Below, one piece after another: positions 9,018 through 16,806 of a DNA stretch of 64,000 nucleotides (its first letter is position 1; each line of letters begins with the position of its first letter). The DNA is from Elusimicrobiota bacterium. GTDB taxonomy: Bacteria; Elusimicrobiota; Elusimicrobia; F11. The DNA is taken from assembly GCA_044221725.1 (NCBI GenBank), contig JBGAON010000002.1:448001-512000 (forward strand), given 5' to 3'. A program made the translations under genes and the position numbers. A model generated the notes under the pieces. It searched no databases, had not been told where the DNA came from, and saw only the letters and a program-made list of their open reading frames with translations.

Positions 9018-9200
9018 ATGAAAACAAAAGAATTCGCTTGGACAAATGGCTTGTTTGAACAGGACACCCTCGGGTCGGCAACGGGCTCGGCAGATGAGGT
9101 GTTGTATACGATTCGCATGGCGGATCTGCTGCAAATGCCGGATGTGAATTTCGGTGAAGTGGCCGCCGTTGATGTGATGGTTCGTTCTCTCCTTAATTAA
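9018..9200 (+). CDS. Small hypothetical protein (60 aa)
   Basis: Fills an otherwise empty gap; TAGATT (9006-9011) lies 6 nt before the ATG; start context is 14/16 identical to that of pilZ. Confidence 0.55.
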   Translation: MKTKEFAWTNGLFEQDTLGSATGSADEVLYTIRMADLLQMPDVNFGEVAAVDVMVRSLLN

Positions 9201-9292
9201 ATTGCCAAGTTAACGAAATCCCTTTCTTTCTATCGAAATTGGCTCCAAGCTTTATCCAATGCCGCCCTCTTATTAATAAGGAGCTCCTAATC

Positions 9293-12200
9293 GTGACACA
9301 AAAAAGAACCGTTTTGCCGTTGCTTTTGGTGTTTCAACTTGTTGTTCCATCGCTTCAAGCCTACGATGATGTTCGACTCACAAAAATCATTCCGTTGGTT
9401 GACCGGAAGACCGTTCCCGGAATAGTTCGTTTGGACAAAAACAAACAGCCGTGGATTCTCGGAGAAGAGAATCAAACGATCCAGCAAATTTCACCGGAAG
9501 GAAAGGCTTCCGTTGTTTTAATGCCGGGCAAAAAGGCGAACGCGCTCTTTAAGTCGCCCATCGATTTTGGATTTATGTCGGACGGATCTCTCGTTGTGGC
9601 GGATCCCGGGTTGGAGCGGGTGGCGGTTATCGCTCCTGAGAAAATCTCGGATAACCCAACGCCCAAAGACTGGAAGAAAACAAAATTGGTTTATTCTTTT
9701 CCGGCGAAAGGCGTGACCGCTGTTGCGGTAAGCGCCGATGACGTGATTGCCGTCGGGTATGAAGATCAATTGGCCATTGATGTTTTCTCAGCGGATGGCG
9801 TGCTCTTGCATCGACTTTATCCCTCGGAAAAATATCAACTTAAGAAAGTCGTGAGCATGGCGTACGGTGCGAACGGACAACTCTGGGTGCTCGAGCAATC
9901 AAAAGGAGTGTTGCACCGATTTTCAGCCGACCGAAAGTGGTTGGGTGCGCTCGATGGCTTTGAGAATCCCCATAGCATCGCTGTTGATGAATACGGATTT
10001 GCTTATGTGTCTTTGAGCCCGGGCCGGTGGCGTGAAGTCAACCCGGATGGCACGTTGGCTGGCGTGTTTGGCACCAAAGGGAAAAATCCTGGAGAAATGC
10101 TCACACCGAAAGGAATCGCAACGATCGATTCCACGCAAATTCTCGTGTCCGAAACCGGCAACGGGCGTTTGCAAATTTTCCGAATAAACAACAAAGACAA
10201 AAAGTCACGGTTGTTTCGAGAGCCCGCTGCCCATGTGCAGGTGCGGCACATTTCTCAGTGGGAAGACCAGGTTCAAGGTGGCCTCGTCCACCCGAACGGA
10301 AGCATTTTTCTTCTGAACAGCGACCGAAATGTTTTTGAGTGGGTCAACGATCAAGGCGAGTCCAAGTCGTCGGTCAAGAAAAAAGGAAAAGGCACCGGCG
10401 GATTTGTTCATCCGCACAGTATGGTGCTTGATGACGCCGGAAAAATTTGGGTGTCCGATCAGGGCGATCACACCTTGAAGAAGATGTCGGATACCGGTGA
10501 CATTGAGCGGACGCTCGGGCAAAAAGGAAAGAAAGAAGGCGGCCTTAAGTCTCCGAGTTTTCTGAGCGTCCGATCCGACGGATCGGTCGTCGTCGCGGAC
10601 AAAGACAATTCGCGCGTCCAGGTGCTAAGTCCGAACGGACTTTTCTTGTTTCAAGTGGGCACCAACGGGAAAAAAGAAGGACAAATCAGTTCGCTTGTTG
10701 GGCTGGCGTCGAATTCCGAGCTCATCGCGCTATTGGATGGCGCTCGAAGGGCACTCATTTTTTACGACGCGAGCGGAAAATTTGTCTCCGAAATTACAAA
10801 CAAGGAAGGCAAGGCGCCGTACTGGAGTGAGCCGGCCAGTATTGCGTGCGACAGCGAGGGTCGGTTCTACGTGCTCGACAATGGCTCAAAGCGCGTGCGA
10901 ATTTTTAACCGGAAGGGTCAATTTTTAGCCGACTTTTCTTCAAAAGGCCAAAACATTTCCTGTGGTATCGATCACAAAGTTCTCGTGACGGATCTGAAAA
11001 CAGTTTCTCTCTACACGGTGCGACTGGTGCCCAAGGCGCTACAAAATGTCGCAGCGGCCGACGTGGATGGCGACCTGCAAATCACGTGGGATAAGAACTT
11101 TGAAGCGAAAGAGTATGCCATCTATCGATCAAGCGCCGGTGGGGGGGCTGCAACGGTGGTTACAAAAGTCGCCGAACCGCCGTTTGTCGATCGAGACGTG
11201 ACGCCCGGTGTTACCTATACCTATGGTGTTGTCGGTGTGAACGATGCTGGGAACGAAGGGAACTGGGCGGAGTCGAAGCCGGTGAAGGCACCAAAAAGAA
11301 AAGACGTCTCGCTGATCAGTATTCAGAAAATCGATCTTAAGCCGGTATTCACGGCGGCAAACAAGTACTACGTGAAAAACCCGATTGGAACGATAACGGT
11401 TCGCAACAACGATGACAAATCGTTCCGGAACGTGAAGATCACCTTGGGACTTAAAAAGTACTGTGACTTTCCAACCGAAATTGTGGTTCCGGACTTGGCC
11501 GCCGGCGAAGAGAAGGGGATTCCGGTGACGATGACATTTAATGATTCTATTTTTGAGTTGACCGAAGATACCCCCGTTCAAATGGATGTGAGAGTGTCGT
11601 ACTTTGAAGATAATACCGAGAAAAGTATTTCGCAAAACGCTCCGATCACGCTTTACTCACGTAACACGATTGCCTGGAGTGAAAAGGACCGAATTGCATC
11701 TTTCATCACTCCGAAGGATCCGCCGATCGTCGAATTTGCGCGAACGGCGATTCGCGACAACATGCTGCTATTAAAGGGATCCACGGTCACTCGCCCATTA
11801 GCGAAAGCGGCTCTTTTTTATGAATCGATGAACGCGCTCGGCATTTCTTATGTGCCCGATCCGAAGACGCCTTTCACCGAAGTCTCGAAAAATCCCGACG
11901 TATTGGATTACGTTCAATTTCCTCGCGAAACGTTGCGGCGCAAAACCGGCGATTGTGACGACACAACAGCGCTGTTGGCGGCGCTTTTGGAGAGCGTTGG
12001 CGTTTCCGTGGCGCTCATCGATATGCCTGGTCACATTCTATTAATGGCGAACACGGAAGAGAGCGACATAGCGGTCATCGGACTCCCCGCGGAACGCTTC
12101 ATTCGTTTCCAGGGAACGTATTGGGTTCCGATCGAAACGACACGTCTTGGACAAGATTTTGCGGCCGCATGGCAGAGCGGCATTGCGACGGTGTTATCGG

Positions 12201-12775
12201 CAAAAGATCCTTCGCAAATTCGCTATATGCGAGTGGAAGAAGCGATGGAAAAGTTTCCACCGGTAACACTCGTCGCGGTCGAAAAAGATTCCCAGGCGTT
12301 TCCCGCTGATAAAGTGCGCGGCACGTTTCCGCCGGTGTTAACAAAACTGCAAGAGGAGCGGTACGAAGCGCTGCTAAAAGACATCAAAAAAGAGATCAAA
12401 GACAATCCCGTGGATCATATGCTTCAAGTTCGATTGGGAATGATTCAAGTGGAAGGTGGGCATGCGGCGGAAGGCAGGCAAACGTTCATTTCTCTTTTAA
12501 AGGAAGACGAAGCGGTTGAGGTTCAATCCGCAGCGCGTAACAACCTCGGCAACCTTGCCTATCTGGACGGCGATTACAAAGAGGCGTTCACCCATTATGA
12601 AAAGGGCTTGATTCTAACGCCGGACGATGGCGGAATTATGGTCAACAAAGCACGGACCGCCTGGCGTCTTGGCGACAAAGAAACCGCGGTGAAAACCCTG
12701 GAACAAGCAAAACAAGTTTATTCCGACTGGCAGGATTTTGCGGCCGATATTCCCGCCGAATACCTGCCCAAATAA
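9293..12775 (+). CDS. Secreted multidomain protein: two NHL-repeat beta-propellers, FN3, Ig-like, transglutaminase-like Cys domain, TPRs
   Basis: SD AAGGAG 9278-9283 before GTG; signal peptide ending SLQA; NHL repeats (VVVADKDNSRVQV, FYVLDNGSKRVRIF); FN3 (LQITW..YAIYRS..TYTYGVVGVN); GDCDD, PGH and PIETT; TPR (ARNNLGNLAYLDGDYKEA). Confidence 0.85.
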   Translation: MTQKRTVLPLLLVFQLVVPSLQAYDDVRLTKIIPLVDRKTVPGIVRLDKNKQPWILGEENQTIQQISPEGKASVVLMPGKKANALFKSPIDFGFMSDGSLVVADPGLERVAVIAPEKISDNPTPKDWKKTKLVYSFPAKGVTAVAVSADDVIAVGYEDQLAIDVFSADGVLLHRLYPSEKYQLKKVVSMAYGANGQLWVLEQSKGVLHRFSADRKWLGALDGFENPHSIAVDEYGFAYVSLSPGRWREVNPDGTLAGVFGTKGKNPGEMLTPKGIATIDSTQILVSETGNGRLQIFRINNKDKKSRLFREPAAHVQVRHISQWEDQVQGGLVHPNGSIFLLNSDRNVFEWVNDQGESKSSVKKKGKGTGGFVHPHSMVLDDAGKIWVSDQGDHTLKKMSDTGDIERTLGQKGKKEGGLKSPSFLSVRSDGSVVVADKDNSRVQVLSPNGLFLFQVGTNGKKEGQISSLVGLASNSELIALLDGARRALIFYDASGKFVSEITNKEGKAPYWSEPASIACDSEGRFYVLDNGSKRVRIFNRKGQFLADFSSKGQNISCGIDHKVLVTDLKTVSLYTVRLVPKALQNVAAADVDGDLQITWDKNFEAKEYAIYRSSAGGGAATVVTKVAEPPFVDRDVTPGVTYTYGVVGVNDAGNEGNWAESKPVKAPKRKDVSLISIQKIDLKPVFTAANKYYVKNPIGTITVRNNDDKSFRNVKITLGLKKYCDFPTEIVVPDLAAGEEKGIPVTMTFNDSIFELTEDTPVQMDVRVSYFEDNTEKSISQNAPITLYSRNTIAWSEKDRIASFITPKDPPIVEFARTAIRDNMLLLKGSTVTRPLAKAALFYESMNALGISYVPDPKTPFTEVSKNPDVLDYVQFPRETLRRKTGDCDDTTALLAALLESVGVSVALIDMPGHILLMANTEESDIAVIGLPAERFIRFQGTYWVPIETTRLGQDFAAAWQSGIATVLSAKDPSQIRYMRVEEAMEKFPPVTLVAVEKDSQAFPADKVRGTFPPVLTKLQEERYEALLKDIKKEIKDNPVDHMLQVRLGMIQVEGGHAAEGRQTFISLLKEDEAVEVQSAARNNLGNLAYLDGDYKEAFTHYEKGLILTPDDGGIMVNKARTAWRLGDKETAVKTLEQAKQVYSDWQDFAADIPAEYLPK

Positions 12776-12787
12776 TAGGAGGAGCGT

Positions 12788-13285
12788 ATGAAAAAGTGGA
12801 TCGTCATTTTGATGCTGGCAATTTCAATCAACGGGTACGCTTCCGCCGGCAAGAAGAAAAAAGTTCACCACTCCACGAAGCCGACTTCGACCAGCAAAAG
12901 CTCCGCAAAACTGACGGAGGTGGAGGCAGCACCAAAAAAGAAAACGAGCGAATCATTCCAGTCGTGGCTCAAAGAAATGAAAAAGCGTGTGGCGCACACG
13001 AACACAAAGCAGAACCAGTTGGTGGCGGTGGCGGCCGTGCGCGGCAGTGAAACCCCGGATACACCACCGCTGTATTGGAAAGGGAAGAAAGGGGAAGGCA
13101 AGGTTCAGGCGCCCGAGATAAAAGATTTTGAGACGGCGATTGACGCGGCACTGAGCGGCGATTCGGTGGCCGCCAAAGAGAAATTGCAATCCTTTGTGCT
13201 TGCTTATCCGCAAAGTTCGCTTGTTGCCGATGCGAACGAAACACTGACCAAACTGGATGCGACGGCTCCCACAGCCAATCCCTAA
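12788..13285 (+). CDS. Small secreted protein with C-terminal TPR-like (YbgF/BamD-type) helix pair
   Basis: SD AGGAGGAG; signal peptide; Lys/Ser-rich linker; AKEKLQSFVLAYPQSSLVADA. Confidence 0.75.
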   Translation: MKKWIVILMLAISINGYASAGKKKKVHHSTKPTSTSKSSAKLTEVEAAPKKKTSESFQSWLKEMKKRVAHTNTKQNQLVAVAAVRGSETPDTPPLYWKGKKGEGKVQAPEIKDFETAIDAALSGDSVAAKEKLQSFVLAYPQSSLVADANETLTKLDATAPTANP

Positions 13286-13304
13286 ATAGTAAATTCGGCG
13301 CCGG

Positions 13305-16300
13305 ATGCAACTTGAGCAATACCGGCGGATTCTCTCCGACCGCATCTTCGTGTTCGATGGTGCCATGGGCACCAACCTGCAGGCTTTCAACCCGACAATC
13401 GATGACTATGAGGGAAAGGAAGGCTGCACAGAAGTTCTATGTTTCTCGAGACCGCAATGGTTGAAACAAATCCACGCGGACTTTTTCAAAGCGGGTTGCG
13501 ACATCGTTGAAACCAATTCGTTCGGCGCGAACCGCATCGTTCTCGGCGAATATGGACTGGAATCGCAAGTTCTCGAGTACAACCGCGAAGCCGCGAAAAT
13601 TGCTCGCGAGGTCGCCCAACAATTCTCTACGCCGGACCACCCGCGTTTTGTTGCCGGTTCTATGGGCCCCGGTACAAAACTGCCGTCCCTGGGTCACACG
13701 AATTTTGACACACTTCGGTTTAACTATGCCGAGCAGGCCGAAGGGTTGATCGAGGGCGGTGTCGATCTTCTTTTGATTGAAACCTCCCAAGATCTTCTTC
13801 AAGTGAAAGCCGCTATCAACGGTTGTTTGGACGCAATGAGGAAGACGAAAGTTCGCATTCCATTGAATGTTCAGGTGACAATTGAATCGACCGGTACGAT
13901 GCTCCTTGGCAGCGATATGGCCACCGCCATTTCTGTCATCGAATGTTTTCCCGTGGATACCATAGGCCTCAATTGCGCCACGGGCCCGCGCGAGATGAGC
14001 GAACATGTGCGCACGCTCGGCCAACTTACCAATCGGTACATTTCTGTTTTGCCGAACGCCGGTTTGCCCGAGAACGTCGGTGGAAAAGCGGTTTATAAGT
14101 TAACTCCAGCGGATTTGGCGGCTCACCTGGTCGAGTTTATTCATCAGCATGGTGTGAATGTGGTCGGGGGGTGTTGCGGAACGACGCCCGATCATTTGGC
14201 CGCTGTCGTTCAAGCGGTTTCTAAGATCACGCCGAAGCAGCGCACACCAAAACGCGTGGCCACCGTTGCAAGTTTGTACATGACCACACCCATTCGCCAA
14301 GAACCGGCACCGCTCATTATTGGTGAGCGCACGAACGCGAACGGTTCAAAACTTTTTCGTGAACTCCTTTTGGCCAACGATTACGATTCGATGGTGAACG
14401 TGGCCAAGGAACAAGAGGCGGAAGGGGCGCATGTGCTGGACGTTTGCACCGCCTATGTTGGACGCAACGAAATCAAAGACATGGATGAGACAATCAAGCG
14501 GTTTGTGCTTCAAGCGCGCGTTCCGCTCATGATTGATTCCACCGAAGCACCGGTTATTGAATCGGCCCTCAAACTGTACGGTGGTAAGTCCATAATTAAT
14601 TCGATCAATCTTGAAGATGGCGAAGAAAGAATGGCCAAGATTTGTCCGATGCTGACCACCTACGGTGCGGCCGTCGTTGCTCTCACAATTGATGAGGCAG
14701 GAATGGCGAAGACCAAACAAAAGAAGGTAGAGATTGCAAAACGCATTTACGATCTCGCCGTCAAGAAATACGGGGTGCCGGGCGAGAATATTGTTTTTGA
14801 CACGCTTACCTTTACGCTCGGTAGCGGAGAAGAAGAATTCCGCAAAGCCGGCATTGAAACGATCGAAGCTATTCGCGAGATCAAACGCGAATTGCCCGAC
14901 GTGCACACCACGCTGGGAGTGAGCAATATTTCTTTTGGACTGCAGTCAGCGTCACGCGCGGTTCTCAATAGTGTGTTTTTGCATTACGCTATTGAGGCGG
15001 GTCTCGACTCGGCCATCGTTAACGCAAAAAAAATTATGCCGCTGTTCCAGATCGATGAAAAAGGTCGCGAGCTCGCGAGACAACTTGTTTTTGATGAACG
15101 AAAATTTGGAGCCGACGGCATCTGCATTTACGATCCGCTTAAAGAATTTATGGCGTATTACGCCGGCGCGAAGGCGGATGCTGGGCCGACAGCAAAAGAG
15201 GAACCCAAATCGGTCGAAGAGAATTTGAAGCAGCGCATCATTAACGGCAACAAGCAAAACATCGAAAAAGTTTTAGAAACAGCACTCGAAAAATATTCAG
15301 CGCTCGATGTCATTAACACAATTTTGCTCGAAGGAATGCGGGTGGTGGGAGAATTGTTTGGCGCCGGCCAAATTCAGTTGCCGTTTGTGTTGCAGTCGGC
15401 CGAGACCATGAAAGCGGCGGTCCGTTATCTTGAACCGCACATTCCGAAAGTCGCTGGTGGCACATCGAAAGGGAAGCTTGTTATTGCGACCGTGAAAGGA
15501 GATGTCCACGACATCGGGAAGAATCTCGTGGACATTATTCTTTCAAACAACGGTTACACCGTGATCAATTTGGGGATCAAGCAGCCGATCGATGCTATTT
15601 TAAAAGCGGCCGAAGAACACAAACCGCACGCCATCGGCTTGTCGGGCCTTCTCGTTAAGTCCACCGCGGTCATGAAAGAGAATCTCGAGGAAATGAACAA
15701 CCGCAATATCACTTACGATGTAATTCTCGGCGGAGCCGCGCTCACGCGCAAATTTGTGGAAGTCGATTTGCGCGACATCTATAAAGGAAAGGTTTTTTAT
15801 GCGAACGACGCGTTCGCCGGGTTGCGCCTCATGGATGAACTCGTCGGTGCGGTGGCCGATAAAAAATTAACGACAATCCGAAAAAGGGAAGAAATCCTGG
15901 CAGCGACTTCAAAGGAATCGTCGTCGTTAAAATCGAAGCCAGTCACCAGCACGGGTGTTCTTATTCGATCAAAGGTTCCACCCAGTTTGTCGATTCCGAA
16001 GCCGCCTTTCTGGGGGGCGCGGGTTGTGCGTGGGATTGATTTGAAAGAAGTGTTTGCATTTATGAACGAAACGGCGTTGCTAAAGGTACGCTGGGGTTTT
16101 AAACGCGTGCGGGAAAATAGTCTCGAAGAATACAATCGAATGATGGAACAGACCGTGTATCCGCTTTACGAAAAATGGAAACAATACGTGTTGCGCGAGG
16201 GAATTTTTCATCCCCAAGTGGCGTACGGTTATTTTCCGTGTCAATCGGACGGGGATTCGCTCGTGATTTTTAATGAGGATTTGAAAACCGAACGACAGCG

Positions 16301-16790
16301 ATACGTGTTCCCGCGGCAACACAAGGATCCGTATTTGTGCATCTCGGACTTCTTTCGGCCGCTCGGGTCGCCGGAGATGGACGTCATTGGGATGATGATT
16401 GTCACCATCGGTTCCGACGCGACACCACGTATTCAGGAAATTTACAAGAGCAACCAATACACGGACTATTTGTATCTGCATGGGCTTAGTGTGGAAACCG
16501 CCGAAGCGCTCGCGGAGTATTGGCACAAACGAATTCGTTTGGAGTTGGGGATAGCGAACCAGGATTCTCCGACCCCACGCGACTTGTTCCAACAGAAATA
16601 CCAAGGATCTCGCTACAGTTTTGGTTATCCCGCCTGTCCAAATCTTGAGGATCAAGTAAAAATATTTGATTTGCTTGAGCCCAATCGCATCGGCGTTGAG
16701 TTGTCCGAAGAATTTCAGCTTCATCCGGAACAATCAACGTCCGCCATCATCGTGCACCATCCCGACGCCAAGTATTTTTCCGTGGACTAA
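13305..16790 (+). CDS. metH: Cobalamin-dependent methionine synthase
   Basis: DGAMGT, GLNCATG and GGCCG Zn ligands, IGERTN pterin domain, DVHDIGKN B12 motif, RYSFGYPACP activation domain. Confidence 0.97.
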   Translation: MQLEQYRRILSDRIFVFDGAMGTNLQAFNPTIDDYEGKEGCTEVLCFSRPQWLKQIHADFFKAGCDIVETNSFGANRIVLGEYGLESQVLEYNREAAKIAREVAQQFSTPDHPRFVAGSMGPGTKLPSLGHTNFDTLRFNYAEQAEGLIEGGVDLLLIETSQDLLQVKAAINGCLDAMRKTKVRIPLNVQVTIESTGTMLLGSDMATAISVIECFPVDTIGLNCATGPREMSEHVRTLGQLTNRYISVLPNAGLPENVGGKAVYKLTPADLAAHLVEFIHQHGVNVVGGCCGTTPDHLAAVVQAVSKITPKQRTPKRVATVASLYMTTPIRQEPAPLIIGERTNANGSKLFRELLLANDYDSMVNVAKEQEAEGAHVLDVCTAYVGRNEIKDMDETIKRFVLQARVPLMIDSTEAPVIESALKLYGGKSIINSINLEDGEERMAKICPMLTTYGAAVVALTIDEAGMAKTKQKKVEIAKRIYDLAVKKYGVPGENIVFDTLTFTLGSGEEEFRKAGIETIEAIREIKRELPDVHTTLGVSNISFGLQSASRAVLNSVFLHYAIEAGLDSAIVNAKKIMPLFQIDEKGRELARQLVFDERKFGADGICIYDPLKEFMAYYAGAKADAGPTAKEEPKSVEENLKQRIINGNKQNIEKVLETALEKYSALDVINTILLEGMRVVGELFGAGQIQLPFVLQSAETMKAAVRYLEPHIPKVAGGTSKGKLVIATVKGDVHDIGKNLVDIILSNNGYTVINLGIKQPIDAILKAAEEHKPHAIGLSGLLVKSTAVMKENLEEMNNRNITYDVILGGAALTRKFVEVDLRDIYKGKVFYANDAFAGLRLMDELVGAVADKKLTTIRKREEILAATSKESSSLKSKPVTSTGVLIRSKVPPSLSIPKPPFWGARVVRGIDLKEVFAFMNETALLKVRWGFKRVRENSLEEYNRMMEQTVYPLYEKWKQYVLREGIFHPQVAYGYFPCQSDGDSLVIFNEDLKTERQRYVFPRQHKDPYLCISDFFRPLGSPEMDVIGMMIVTIGSDATPRIQEIYKSNQYTDYLYLHGLSVETAEALAEYWHKRIRLELGIANQDSPTPRDLFQQKYQGSRYSFGYPACPNLEDQVKIFDLLEPNRIGVELSEEFQLHPEQSTSAIIVHHPDAKYFSVD

Positions 16791-16806
16791 ATTGTAAGAT
16801 CCCGCC

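Noticed and set aside
8735..9058. 107-aa + strand ORF across the divergent intergenic region
   Set aside because: Overlaps the start of the - strand gene and the 60-aa ORF; no SD or recognisable protein features.
13286..13304. Cobalamin or SAM riboswitch before metH
   Set aside because: Gap is only 19 nt.
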